Made by a program: the position numbers and the translations under genes. A DNA stretch of 64,000 nt from Alphaproteobacteria bacterium (GTDB lineage Bacteria > Pseudomonadota > Alphaproteobacteria > UBA828), in NCBI GenBank assembly GCA_965237415.1, contig CBDEFM010000002.1, positions 2,784,001 to 2,848,000 of the forward strand, written 5' to 3'. Position 1 is the first letter of the stretch; each line of letters starts with the position of its first letter. The notes under the pieces were generated by a model. That model was not told where the DNA came from, made no database searches, and saw nothing but the letters and a program-made list of their open reading frames with translations. Shown here piece after piece: positions 38,935 to 49,145 of the stretch.

Positions 38935-38990
38935 ACTTCTGATTCCGCGCCCGTTCCGGGCGACTTCTGATTCCGGGCCCGTTCCGGGCG
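38935..38990. repeat. 28-bp tandem duplication
   Basis: ACTTCTGATTCCG(C/G)GCCCGTTCCGGGCG twice, one mismatch. Confidence 0.85.
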
Positions 38991-39088
38991 ACACCTGTTG
39001 TGAGGCCCCGGCGGCGATGCTAAAAGCCGCGCCGGCAGCGGAGAAGACGTCGCGCGCCGAAGCATATGGGTACTCAAGGAATAGCGCG

Positions 39089-40384
39089 ATGAAAGACGGT
39101 GCCGATTACAAGGTGAAGGACCTCTCGCTCGCCGATTGGGGCCGCAAGGAAATTGCCATCGCCGAGACCGAGATGCCGGGGCTTATGGCGCTCCGCGCGG
39201 AGTTCGGCCAGTCCCAGGTGCTGGCGGGCGCGCGCATCGCCGGCTGCCTGCATATGACCATCCAGACCGCCGTCCTGATCGAGACCCTGCGGGCACTGGG
39301 GGCGGAGGTGCGCTGGAGCTCCTGCAACATCTTCTCGACCCAGGACCACGCCGCTGCCGCGATGGCCGAAGCCGGCGTCCCCGTCTTCGCCTGGAAGGGC
39401 GAGACCGAGGAGGAATACGACTGGTGTGTCGGCCGGACCATCGAGGGCCCCAACGGCTGGCGCCCCAACATGATCCTGGATGACGGGGGCGACCTCACCA
39501 AGATCATGCACGACGAGCACCCGTCGCTCATGGCGGGCATCAACGGCATCTCGGAGGAGACCACGACCGGCGTGCTCCGGCTCTACGAGATGGAGCAGCG
39601 CGGCACCCTCGGCGCGCCCGCCATCAACGTGAACGATTCGGTGACGAAGTCGAAGTTCGACAACCTCTACGGCTGCCGCGAGAGCCTGGTGGACGGCATC
39701 AAGCGGGCCACCGACGTGATGATCGCCGGCAAGATCGCAGTGGTGAACGGCTATGGCGATGTGGGCAAGGGCTGCGCGGTGTCGCTGCGCGGGCAGGGCG
39801 CGCGTGTCGTGGTAACCGAGATCGATCCGATCTGCGCGCTGCAGGCGGCGATGGAGGGCTACGAGGTCTCGACCATGGACGACATGGCCGGTGTGGCGGA
39901 TGTCTTCGTCACGGCCACCGGCAATGTCGATGTCATCACCATCGACCACATGCGCCAGATGAAGGACCGCACCATCGTCTGCAACATCGGCCATTTCGAC
40001 TCCGAGATCCAGATCGACGCCCTGACCAACTTCCCCTGGCACGAGGTCAAGCCGCAGGTGGACGAGGTCGAGTTCCCCGACGGCAAGCGCCTGATCGTGC
40101 TCGCCAAGGGCCGCCTGGTGAATCTCGGCTGCGCCACCGGGCACCCTTCCTTCGTGATGAGCTCTTCGTTCTCCAACCAGGTGCTGGCGCAAATCGAGCT
40201 CTGGCAGAACCACGCAAACTACGAGCACCGCGTCTACACCCTGCCGAAGCACCTCGACGAGAAGGTCGCGGCGCTGCATCTCGGCAAGCTGGGCGCGAAG
40301 CTCACCGAACTCTCGGACGCGCAGGCCTCCTATATCGGCGTGTCGCGCGAGGGGCCGTTCAAGCCCGATCATTACCGATACTGA
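39089..40384 (+). CDS. ahcY: Adenosylhomocysteinase
   Basis: [59 protein letters not shown]. Confidence 0.97.
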   Translation: MKDGADYKVKDLSLADWGRKEIAIAETEMPGLMALRAEFGQSQVLAGARIAGCLHMTIQTAVLIETLRALGAEVRWSSCNIFSTQDHAAAAMAEAGVPVFAWKGETEEEYDWCVGRTIEGPNGWRPNMILDDGGDLTKIMHDEHPSLMAGINGISEETTTGVLRLYEMEQRGTLGAPAINVNDSVTKSKFDNLYGCRESLVDGIKRATDVMIAGKIAVVNGYGDVGKGCAVSLRGQGARVVVTEIDPICALQAAMEGYEVSTMDDMAGVADVFVTATGNVDVITIDHMRQMKDRTIVCNIGHFDSEIQIDALTNFPWHEVKPQVDEVEFPDGKRLIVLAKGRLVNLGCATGHPSFVMSSSFSNQVLAQIELWQNHANYEHRVYTLPKHLDEKVAALHLGKLGAKLTELSDAQASYIGVSREGPFKPDHYRY

Positions 40385-40424
40385 CGATAGGGCGCCGAGC
40401 GCCACGCCGCCCGAGCCGCTCACC

Positions 40425-40898
40425 GTGCGCGTCGAGACCCTCGCGGATACCGAGCGGCTGGGGCAGCGCCTCGCCCCGCACGTATCCCCCGGCGACGTGA
40501 TCGGGCTCTCTGGGTCGCTTGGTAGCGGCAAGACCGCGTTCGCGCGGGCCTTCATCCGCACGCGGCTCGGCCGGGTTGCGGAAGAGGTGCCAAGCCCCAC
40601 CTTCACGCTGGTACAGCTCTACGAGCACACGGCGGGCGCGATCTGGCATTTCGACCTCTACCGACTGGGCGAGGCCGAAGACGCCTACGAGCTTGGCATC
40701 GAGGACGCGTTCTCGGGCGCGATCTCGCTGATCGAATGGCCGGAAAAGCTGGGCGCCATCATGCCCAGCGACTGGCTTCAGGTGCACCTCGCGCCAGGCG
40801 AGGGGGAAGAGGCACGGCTCGTCACGATCACGCCTCATGGCCGCCGCGCTCGTACGCTTGCAGGCGCGCTCGCCCGAGAGCTGGAGCAGGACGCGTGA
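40425..40898 (+). CDS. tsaE: tRNA t6A biosynthesis ATPase
   Basis: GSLGSGKT, VPSPTFTLVQ, HFDLYRL, IEWP. Confidence 0.95.
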   Translation: MRVETLADTERLGQRLAPHVSPGDVIGLSGSLGSGKTAFARAFIRTRLGRVAEEVPSPTFTLVQLYEHTAGAIWHFDLYRLGEAEDAYELGIEDAFSGAISLIEWPEKLGAIMPSDWLQVHLAPGEGEEARLVTITPHGRRARTLAGALARELEQDA

Positions 40899-41917
40899 GC
40901 GATCTGGATCGCGAGCGCGAGCGGCAGCGCCGTGCCTTTGTGACGAATGCAAGCTGGGGCAGTACGACAGAGGCACCGCTCGCGGGCGATGCCTCGGCAC
41001 GGCGCTACACGCGACTCACGCAGGGCGATGCGACGGCCGTGCTTATGGACGACCCGCCGCCGGGGCACTCCGTCGGCGCCTTCGTGCGGATCGCGCGCCT
41101 GCTGCGCGGCATGGGCTACAGCGCCCCCGACGTGCTCGCGGCCGATGAGGTCCGGGGGTTCGCCCTGCTCGAGGATTTTGGCGACGACAGCTTTTCCGCT
41201 CTGCTCGCCAGCCCGGCGCCTGCGTCCCTCGAACGCACGCTCTACGAAGCGGCAACAGATTTTCTGGTCGACCTTCACCGGCAACCGGTGCCATCCGACC
41301 TGCCCCGTTATGATGCAGGCTGGATGCTCGATGACGCGAGGCTCTTCCTGGAGAGCATCGCCGATGAGGCGGCAAGCGCACCCATGGCGGCGGAATTCGA
41401 GGCGGCATGGTGCGGGCCGCTCGAAGAGGCGGCGGCGGGGCCGCAGGCGCTCTGCCTGCGGGATTTTCACGCCGGCAACCTGATGTGGCTGCCCGCGCGC
41501 GGCGACGGGAGCGGCGGGGGCGACGGGTGTGGGCTGGGCCGGGTCGGCCTGCTGGACTTTCAGGACGCGCGGTCGGGCCCCATCTCCTACGACCTCGTCT
41601 CGCTGCTTCAGGACGCGCGGCGCGAGCTCGGCACCGGGTTGGAGGCTGCGATGGTGGTGCGCTACCTGCGTGCTTGGCCCGGCCTCGACGAGGCAGCGTT
41701 CCGCGCGGCCTACGCCATTCTCGGTGCGCAGCGCGCGGTGCGGATCATCGGCGTCTTCGACCGCCTCGCGCGGCGGGATGGCAAGCCCGCCTACCTCGCC
41801 CATCTGCCACGCGTCTGGGGGCACCTCGGCCGCAATCTCGCCCATGCCTCGCTCGCCCCCGTGCGGGCCTGGTTCGACCGCTGGTGCCCCAAGTGCGCGG
41901 AGAACCTCACGCCGTGA
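40895..41917 (+). CDS. amgK: N-acetylmuramate/GlcNAc kinase (aminoglycoside phosphotransferase fold)
   Basis: GDASARRY, LEDFGD, RDFHAGNL, LDFQDA, YDLVSLLQD; between tsaE and murU. Confidence 0.88.
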   Translation: MSDLDRERERQRRAFVTNASWGSTTEAPLAGDASARRYTRLTQGDATAVLMDDPPPGHSVGAFVRIARLLRGMGYSAPDVLAADEVRGFALLEDFGDDSFSALLASPAPASLERTLYEAATDFLVDLHRQPVPSDLPRYDAGWMLDDARLFLESIADEAASAPMAAEFEAAWCGPLEEAAAGPQALCLRDFHAGNLMWLPARGDGSGGGDGCGLGRVGLLDFQDARSGPISYDLVSLLQDARRELGTGLEAAMVVRYLRAWPGLDEAAFRAAYAILGAQRAVRIIGVFDRLARRDGKPAYLAHLPRVWGHLGRNLAHASLAPVRAWFDRWCPKCAENLTP

Positions 41918-42654
41918 GCGCCCGGCCGAAGCACGGAATGGTGCTTGCTGCGGGCCTGGGCACGCGCATGCGCGCGGTGAGCGAGACGATCCCCAAACCG
42001 CTGGTGGCGCTTGCCGGCAAGCCGCTCATCGCCTACGCCCTCGAAAGCCTCGAACGGGCCGGCGTAGACGAGATCGTCGTCAACACCCACTACCTGGCGG
42101 CACAGATCGAATTATATCTTGCCGACTATGCCGCGCGGCCCGGCGCGGCCCGCATCCGCATTTCGCACGAAGAGGATCGGCTGGAGACCGGCGGCGGCGT
42201 CCGCCGGGCGCTCGGATGGCTCGGCGACGACGCCTTCTATGTTCTGAACAGCGATGCCGTCATCGCAGACCGCGGCGCGCCGGCGCTGGCGCGTCTTGCC
42301 GAGGCGTGGGACGGAGAAGCGATGGATGCGCTGCTCCTCCTCTGCCCCCTGGCGCGCGCGCTCGGGTGCGGGGGCGCGGGTGACTTCTTCCGCGATCGCG
42401 ACGGGCGCCTCAGCCGGCGCGGGGCAGCGGCAACCGCGCCCAACATGTTCACCGGCGTACAGCTCCTCCACCCCCGGCTCTTTGTCGGCGGGCCTGCCGG
42501 CGCCTATTCGCTCAACCGCCACTACGACGAGGCGATCCTCGCGGGTCGCCTGTTCGGGCTCGTCCATCGCGGCCACATGCTCCACGCGGGCTCGCCGGAA
42601 GGGCTGGCACAAGCCGAGCGCCATCTCGGCGGCGGGCGGGAAGGGGACGGATGA
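41914..42654 (+). CDS. murU: N-acetylmuramate alpha-1-phosphate uridylyltransferase
   Basis: LAAGLGTRMR, PKPL, VNTHYL, LETGGG. Confidence 0.88.
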   Translation: MSARPKHGMVLAAGLGTRMRAVSETIPKPLVALAGKPLIAYALESLERAGVDEIVVNTHYLAAQIELYLADYAARPGAARIRISHEEDRLETGGGVRRALGWLGDDAFYVLNSDAVIADRGAPALARLAEAWDGEAMDALLLLCPLARALGCGGAGDFFRDRDGRLSRRGAAATAPNMFTGVQLLHPRLFVGGPAGAYSLNRHYDEAILAGRLFGLVHRGHMLHAGSPEGLAQAERHLGGGREGDG

Positions 42655-45653
42655 GCGGGCGAACGGGGGGGGACGTGCGGCCCACCGTCTACACGGTGCC
42701 GCCCCATGAGCCGTTCGTCGACGCGCTCGCGGGTGGCATCCTGTCGGGCCGGACCGTGCCGCTCGACCCCGGCGATCCGCTGGCGCTGAGCCGGCTCACG
42801 ATCCTGCTGCCGACGCGCCGGTCCTGCCGTGCGCTTGGCCTCGCCTTCCTCCGCGCAGCACCGGGGCTGGCGCTGCTGCTGCCGCGCATCCGGCCCCTCG
42901 GCGACATCGACGAGGACGAGATGAGCATCGGCGACGAGGCCGACGAGACGCTGCCCGACGCCGTCTCGCCGCTCGAGCGTCGCCTGCTGTTATCTCAACT
43001 TATCCAGAGGCTCGGCGAGACCCCCGGCGGCGCGGCGCTGACCGGGGCGGGGACCGTGGATCAGGCCGCGCGGCTTGCTCAGGCGCTTGCCAGTCTGCTG
43101 GACGAGATTCAGATCGCCCGGATCGACCCGCAGGGACTGGCCACGCTCGCGCCGGAGGAATACGCGGCCCATTGGCAGCAGGTGCTGCGCTTCCTCTCGC
43201 TCATCACCGACCGTTGGCCTGCGATCCTGGCGGAGCGGGGCCAGATGGATCCGGCCGCACGCCGCAACGCCCTGCTGGAAGATATCGCGAAGCGCTGGGA
43301 GGCGGGGCCGCCGGCCTATCCGGTGATCGGCGCAGGCTCGACCGGGAGCGTCCCTGCCACCCGCGACCTGCTGGCCGCCATCGCACGCCTACCGCAGGGC
43401 GCCGTCGTCCTCCCCGGCCTCGACACGCAAGCGGACGACGAGACGTGGGAGGCCATCGGCCCCACCCATCCCCAATACGCGCTGAAGGGTCTGCTCGCGC
43501 ATATCGGCGTTGCGCGCGAGGCCGTTCAGCCGTGGCCGGCCGAAGAGGGGCCGGGCGCCAGCGCCACCCGTGCCCGCGCCCGATTGATCGCCGACGCCAT
43601 GCGGCCGGCGGAGACCATCACCGCCTGGCGCGCGCGACCGCCGCAGGAGCCCGAGGCGCACCGCAATTTCCACCGCATCGACTGTGCGAGCCCGCAGGAG
43701 GAAGCGGGCGTCATCGCCATCGTCATGCGGCGCGCACTGGAGACCCCCGGCCGCACCGCCGCGCTCGTCGCGATGGACCGCGCGCTGGCCCGTCGGGTCG
43801 CGGCGGAGCTCCGGCGCTGGGGGATCGCGGTGGACGATTCGGCCGGTGTGCCGCTCGGCGAAACGGCGCCGGGCGCGTATCTCAGGCTCACCGCGCGGCT
43901 CGTTGCCGAAGACGCAGCGCCTGTCCCCCTGCTCGCCGCTCTCAAGCACCCGCTTGCGGCCGGCGGCATGGCGCCAGCGGCGTGGCGCCGCTCCGTCAGG
44001 GCCATGGAGCGGGCGATCCTGCGCGGCCCCAGGCCCGCGCCGGGGTTTGGCGGCTTGCGGTCGGCACTGAAGGGGCGCGACCCCGCCACCGACCGCTGGC
44101 TCGCCCGGTTGGAGAAGGGCGCCGCTCCGTTCGCCGCCCTTATGGCGCAGTCGAGCGCCGCGCTCGGCGAGCTCGTGCAGGCCCATGTCGGCTTCTCGGA
44201 ATGGCTCGCGGCCGCGGACAACGAAGACGGGGCCGCGCGGCTCTGGTCCGGTGAGGCCGGCGAGCAGGCGGCGCGCTTCGTCGCGGGACTCGCGGATGCT
44301 GCGTCGGCGCTGCCCCCCGTCGTGCCGCCCACTCACTATCCGGCGCTGCTCGATGCGCTGATGGAGGACCATGTGGTCCGCCCGCCCTTCGGCCGTCATC
44401 CCCGTCTGCAAATTTGGGGTCCCCTGGAGGCTCGCTTGCAGCACGCCGATTGCATGATCCTTGGCGGGTTGAACGAGAGTGTTTGGCCGCCGGCGGCGCG
44501 GGGCGATCCCTGGATGAGCCGCCCCATGCGCGCGGACTTCGGCTTGCCGCCGCCGGAGTTCCGCATCGGGCTCTCGGCCCACGACTTCGTCCAGTGCTGC
44601 GGGGCAGCGGAGGTCTATCTCACCCGGGCACGGCGCATCGAGGGGACGCCGACGATCCCGTCGCGCTGGCTCCAGCGCCTCGATGCACTGCTGGCGGGCG
44701 AGCCCGGCGGCCCGACGGCGCTCCGTACCGTGGAGCCGGCGCTGCTTGCCTGGTGGTCGGCCCTCGACCGGTCTGTGGAGGCACCCGGCTCCCGGCCTGC
44801 GCCGGCGCCCGCGCCGCCGGTCGCGGCACGGCCGAGGCGGCTCTCGGTCACACGGATCGAGACCTGGATCGCCGACCCCTATTCCATCTATGCGCGGGAC
44901 ATTCTCCGCCTCCGGCCCCTCGACCCCGTCGACGCGGACCCGAGCGCGGCGGAGCGCGGCACCGTCATCCACCGGATTCTGGAGGCCTTCGTACGCGCTC
45001 ATCCCGATGCGCTGCCTGCGGATGCCGAAGAGAAGCTGCTCGCGCTCGGCCGGGGGCACTTCGAGGCAGCGGGCGCGCGGCCCGGCGTTCTCGCCTTCTG
45101 GTGGCCGCGCTTCGAGCGCATCGTCCGCTGGTTCCTGGAGATCGAACGGGCGCGCAGACCCGCATTCCAACCGCTTGCGACCGAGGTGGAGGGTGCGCTC
45201 GACCTGGACGCGCCCGGGGGCTCCTTCCGCCTCACGGCGAAGGCGGACCGCATCGACAGGACCGACACGGGCGCGCTGGAGATCATCGATTACAAGACCG
45301 GCGCCGTTCCGAGAAGAAACCAGGTCGTAGACGGCAGGTGCCCGCAGCTCTCGCTGGAGGCGGCGATTGCGGGTGCGGGCGGCTTCGCAGGCGTGGACGC
45401 GGCCGAAGTCGCGGCGCTCGCGTACTGGAAGTTGAGCGGCGCCGAGACCGCCGGCGAGATCACCGCGATCGGCGGCGATGCGGATAAGCTCGCGCGCGAG
45501 GCGGCTGACGGCCTGCGGGCGCTGGTCGCTCGCTTCGACGATTCCGGGACACCCTATCACCCGGTGCCCCGGCCGGCGCTGGCTCCTGCCTGGAACGACT
45601 ACGCCCACCTCGCCCGGCACAAGGAGTGGTCGGTGCCTGGCGGAGACCCATGA
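42651..45653 (+). CDS. addB: Double-strand break repair protein AddB
   Basis: LPTRR, AGSTGS, DDSAG, WGPLEARL, LSVT.IE...DPY, nuclease ADRID..IIDYKTG. Confidence 0.94.
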   Translation: MSGRTGGDVRPTVYTVPPHEPFVDALAGGILSGRTVPLDPGDPLALSRLTILLPTRRSCRALGLAFLRAAPGLALLLPRIRPLGDIDEDEMSIGDEADETLPDAVSPLERRLLLSQLIQRLGETPGGAALTGAGTVDQAARLAQALASLLDEIQIARIDPQGLATLAPEEYAAHWQQVLRFLSLITDRWPAILAERGQMDPAARRNALLEDIAKRWEAGPPAYPVIGAGSTGSVPATRDLLAAIARLPQGAVVLPGLDTQADDETWEAIGPTHPQYALKGLLAHIGVAREAVQPWPAEEGPGASATRARARLIADAMRPAETITAWRARPPQEPEAHRNFHRIDCASPQEEAGVIAIVMRRALETPGRTAALVAMDRALARRVAAELRRWGIAVDDSAGVPLGETAPGAYLRLTARLVAEDAAPVPLLAALKHPLAAGGMAPAAWRRSVRAMERAILRGPRPAPGFGGLRSALKGRDPATDRWLARLEKGAAPFAALMAQSSAALGELVQAHVGFSEWLAAADNEDGAARLWSGEAGEQAARFVAGLADAASALPPVVPPTHYPALLDALMEDHVVRPPFGRHPRLQIWGPLEARLQHADCMILGGLNESVWPPAARGDPWMSRPMRADFGLPPPEFRIGLSAHDFVQCCGAAEVYLTRARRIEGTPTIPSRWLQRLDALLAGEPGGPTALRTVEPALLAWWSALDRSVEAPGSRPAPAPAPPVAARPRRLSVTRIETWIADPYSIYARDILRLRPLDPVDADPSAAERGTVIHRILEAFVRAHPDALPADAEEKLLALGRGHFEAAGARPGVLAFWWPRFERIVRWFLEIERARRPAFQPLATEVEGALDLDAPGGSFRLTAKADRIDRTDTGALEIIDYKTGAVPRRNQVVDGRCPQLSLEAAIAGAGGFAGVDAAEVAALAYWKLSGAETAGEITAIGGDADKLAREAADGLRALVARFDDSGTPYHPVPRPALAPAWNDYAHLARHKEWSVPGGDP

Positions 45654-48600
45654 TGGCTGTGCACGCACCCAGGATGACGCCGGCTCAGCACAGGGCGTCG
45701 GATCCGGCGGCCTCGGTCTGGGTCGGTGCCTCGGCCGGCACGGGCAAGACCAAGGTGCTGACGGACCGCGTGCTGCGGCTGCTGTTGGGGGGCACGGTGC
45801 CCGAGCGCATCCTCTGCCTCACCTTCACCCGCGCGGCCGCCGCCGAGATGGCGCTCCGGATCACGCGCGATCTCGCGCGCTGGACTGTGGCCGACGACGA
45901 CGCGCTCGCCGTTTCGCTCAAGGTGCTGACCGGGGCCGAACCAGCGCAAGCCACGCTCGACCGCGCGCGCCGCCTCTTCGCCGCCGTGCTCGACGTGCCC
46001 GACGGGCTCAAAATCCAGACCATCCACGCCTTCTGCCAGTCGCTGCTGCGGCGTTTTCCCCTCGAAGCGGGCGTCGCCCCCAATTTCGAGATCGCCGACG
46101 AGCGCATGAGTGCGGCGCTCCTTGGCGCGGCGCGCGCGCGCCTGCTGAGCAACGCCCGGCCCGGCATTGACGACGCTCTCGCCTCCGCCCTTGCCACCAT
46201 GACTGCCGTTACCGGCGAGGAGGGCTTCGGTGCCTTGCTGGCAAACGTGAGCCGCGAGAGGGATCGTTTCTCAGCGCTGATAGCGCGTCATGGCGGTATC
46301 GAAGGCGCGATCGGGGCGCTCCGGGCCCGGCTGGGCGTGGCCGAGGGCGGGACACCGGACGGATTTCTCGCCGAGGGGTGTGCCGAGGGCGCGTTCGACG
46401 GCGACAGCCTGGCGAGCGCCGCCCGCGTGCTCGCCGGGGGGACCGTGACGGACCAGAGGCGGGCGCAGACGATTGCGGGATGGCTCGACGCCCACCATGA
46501 GGGGCGGACGGCAGGGTTCGCCGCCTATCGCCGCGCCTATTTCGGCCAGAACGACGCGCCTCTCCAGCGGCTCATCACCAGGAAGCTCGGCGATGCGCAC
46601 CCCGACGCGGCTGAGGCGCTCGGCGAGGAGCAGGCGCGGATCTGCGTTGTCACAGACCGTTGGAACGCAGCCCGCGTTGCCGAGAGCAGCGCTGCTCTTA
46701 TCGAGATCGCGGCCCGTCATCTCTCCTTCTACGGGGCTGAGAAGACCCGTCATGCCGTGCTCGACTATGGCGATCAGATCGCGTTCAGCCGCCGCCTGCT
46801 TGCGCTCGAAGGCATTGCACCCTGGGTGCTCTACAAGCTCGATGGCGGCCTCGACCACCTGCTGATCGACGAGGCGCAGGACACGAGCCCGACGCAATGG
46901 GCCGTGATTGCGGCGCTGGCCGAAGAGTTCTTTGCCGGCGAAAGCGCACGCGCCGCGCCGCGCACGCTGTTCGCAGTCGGCGACGAGAAGCAGTCGATCT
47001 TCAGCTTCCAGGGGGCCGATGCGCGGGCGCTCACCGCTGCCCATCGGCAGTTCCGGGGCCGGGCGAAGGCTGCCGGGCGGCCGTGGGAATCGCTGCCCTT
47101 GGCCGAATCCTTCCGCTCCACCGGCGCGGTGCTTGCCGCGGTTGATGCCGTGTTCGCCCAGCCGGCGGCGCGCGCCGGCGTCACCGCCGAGGCGACACCG
47201 ATCCACCACCGGGTCCATCGCGCGGGCGCTGCAGGCCGGGTCGAGCTGTGGCCCCCCGTCGTGCCCGAAGAGAAGGAGAAAATCGAGCCGTGGACATTAC
47301 CGGTCGTGCGCGAGGGGGCCGACGACCCGGCGGCGCGGCTCGCCGCGCTCATCGCAGAACGGGTCGCATCGTGGACCCAAGAGCCGGCGGAGGCTGGGGA
47401 CGACGCCTGGCTCGAAGCGCGCGGCCGCGCCATCCGGCCTGGCGACGTGCTGGTGTTGGTGCGCCGCCGCGGCCCGTTCGTGGATCACCTGCTGAGGGCC
47501 TTCACGGCGCGCGGCGTGCCGGTGGCGGGGATCGACCGCATGGTGCTGACCGAACAGCTCGCGGTCATGGACCTGATCGCCCTCGGCGATGCCTGCCTGC
47601 TGCCGGGCGACGACCTGACCCTTGCCACGGTGCTCAAGAGCCCGCTGATCGGGCTCGACGAGGATGCGCTGTTCGCGCTTGCGTACGAGCGCGGCGACGC
47701 CAGCCTGTGGGCGACGCTCGCCCGGCGCCGTGGCGAGAACGAGGCATTCGCAGGCGCTTACGAGGCTTTGACCTTCTTCCGCAGCGCTGCGGATAGGATG
47801 GCCCCCTTCGAGTTCTACAGCGAGGTGCTGGGCGCGCGCGGCGGGCGAGCGGCCCTGCTCGGCCGCCTCGGCCCTGAATCGGGGGACGCCATGGAGGAGT
47901 TCCTGGCGCTGGCACTCGCCTATGGCCGCACCCATCCGCCCTCGCTCCAGGGCTTCCTGCACTGGGTCCAGGACGGGCGCGCGGAGATCGCACGCGACTT
48001 CGAGCAGGGCCGGGACGAGGTGCGGATCATGACCGTGCATGGCGCCAAGGGGCTGGAGGCGCCGGTGGTCTTCCTGCCCGATACCATGCGCAAGCCCCTC
48101 GCCAGGGACCCGCTCGTCTGGCTGGAGGAGGAGCGGCCGGATTTGAGCGTCGGCACGCCCGAGGCCCTGCTCTTCGCCGGGCGGGCGAGCCGGGAGGACC
48201 CGCTCACCCGTGCCGTCCGCGCTCACGCCCGCACCGCCCAAGAGGAGGAATACCGCCGGCTCCTCTACGTCGCCATGACGCGTGCGGAGGACCGGCTTTA
48301 CGTTTGCGGCTGGCAGGGCCGGGACACACCGCCCGAGGATTGCTGGTACGCGCTGGTGCGCCAAGGCATGGAGAGCCTGATGGGAGTTGAGACCCTGGCG
48401 GTGCCAAATGGCGCAATGCCGGAGGGCACGGGCCTGGTCTATGCCGAGCCGCAGACGGCGCCGCTCCCGCCACGTGCCGAGCCGGCGCCGGAGGGCGACG
48501 CGGCCCCGCCGCTGCCGCCGGAGCTGCTCGCACCGCCCGGCGCCGAGCCCCCGGCGCCCCGCCCGCTCGCGCCCTCCCGTGCTTTGGCGGAGCCTGCGCC

Positions 48601-49099
48601 GCGTTCGCCGATCGACGGAACCGGGAGTCTCGCCCGCCTGCGCGGCATTGCCGCCCACAAGCTGCTGGAACATCTGCCGGCGCTGGCTACGGCCGATCGG
48701 CCCATTGCTGCGCGTCGCCTGCTCGCGCCCTATGACCTCGACCAGGGAGAGAGGGAGGCGCTGGCGGCGTCCATGATCGATCTCGTTGCCGACCCGGCGT
48801 TCGCCGCGCTCTTCGCCCCCGATGCTTTGGTGGAGGCTCCCATCAGTGCCATCGTGGGCGACCGGGTGATCACGGGTCAGATCGACCGGCTGCTCGTGGG
48901 CGAGCGGGAGGTGACCGCCCTCGACTACAAGACCGGCCGTGCCCCGCCTGAGAACGAAAGCACGGTGCCCGAGGCCTATCGCGTCCAGATGGAGAGCTAC
49001 CGTGCGGCGCTCGCCGCGGTCTTCCCGGACCGCAGGATCACCTGCGGCCTGCTCTTCGTCGATGCCCCCCGCCTGATCTGGCTACAGGAGGCCGCCTGA
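45650..49099 (+). CDS. addA: Double-strand break repair helicase/nuclease AddA
   Basis: ASAGTGKT, LTFTRAAA, TIHAFC, DEAQD, VGDEKQSI, TVHGAKGLE, YVAMTRA, IDRL..DYKTG. Confidence 0.96.
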   Translation: MMAVHAPRMTPAQHRASDPAASVWVGASAGTGKTKVLTDRVLRLLLGGTVPERILCLTFTRAAAAEMALRITRDLARWTVADDDALAVSLKVLTGAEPAQATLDRARRLFAAVLDVPDGLKIQTIHAFCQSLLRRFPLEAGVAPNFEIADERMSAALLGAARARLLSNARPGIDDALASALATMTAVTGEEGFGALLANVSRERDRFSALIARHGGIEGAIGALRARLGVAEGGTPDGFLAEGCAEGAFDGDSLASAARVLAGGTVTDQRRAQTIAGWLDAHHEGRTAGFAAYRRAYFGQNDAPLQRLITRKLGDAHPDAAEALGEEQARICVVTDRWNAARVAESSAALIEIAARHLSFYGAEKTRHAVLDYGDQIAFSRRLLALEGIAPWVLYKLDGGLDHLLIDEAQDTSPTQWAVIAALAEEFFAGESARAAPRTLFAVGDEKQSIFSFQGADARALTAAHRQFRGRAKAAGRPWESLPLAESFRSTGAVLAAVDAVFAQPAARAGVTAEATPIHHRVHRAGAAGRVELWPPVVPEEKEKIEPWTLPVVREGADDPAARLAALIAERVASWTQEPAEAGDDAWLEARGRAIRPGDVLVLVRRRGPFVDHLLRAFTARGVPVAGIDRMVLTEQLAVMDLIALGDACLLPGDDLTLATVLKSPLIGLDEDALFALAYERGDASLWATLARRRGENEAFAGAYEALTFFRSAADRMAPFEFYSEVLGARGGRAALLGRLGPESGDAMEEFLALALAYGRTHPPSLQGFLHWVQDGRAEIARDFEQGRDEVRIMTVHGAKGLEAPVVFLPDTMRKPLARDPLVWLEEERPDLSVGTPEALLFAGRASREDPLTRAVRAHARTAQEEEYRRLLYVAMTRAEDRLYVCGWQGRDTPPEDCWYALVRQGMESLMGVETLAVPNGAMPEGTGLVYAEPQTAPLPPRAEPAPEGDAAPPLPPELLAPPGAEPPAPRPLAPSRALAEPAPRSPIDGTGSLARLRGIAAHKLLEHLPALATADRPIAARRLLAPYDLDQGEREALAASMIDLVADPAFAALFAPDALVEAPISAIVGDRVITGQIDRLLVGEREVTALDYKTGRAPPENESTVPEAYRVQMESYRAALAAVFPDRRITCGLLFVDAPRLIWLQEAA

Positions 49100-49111
49100 A
49101 CGCTAAAGCCA

Positions 49112-49141
49112 GAGCGTTTCCGTCTCACACGGAAACGCTCT
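49112..49141. repeat. AGAGCG...CGCTCT hairpin (REP / bidirectional terminator)
   Basis: AGAGCGTTTCCGT-loop-ACGGAAACGCTCT between convergent addA and SMP-30 gene. Confidence 0.7.
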
Positions 49142-49145
49142 ACCC

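Noticed and set aside
38914-39088. SAH or SAM-SAH riboswitch upstream of ahcY
   Set aside because: Could not find the conserved GAGGAGCG..CAGGCTC core by eye; only a tandem duplication is supported.
40895-41917. Aminoglycoside resistance phosphotransferase
   Set aside because: The tsaE-amgK-murU context identifies it as the peptidoglycan-recycling kinase.
42651-49099. Helicase-nuclease defence system or Cas4-like module
   Set aside because: Canonical housekeeping AddAB in its normal syntenic position.
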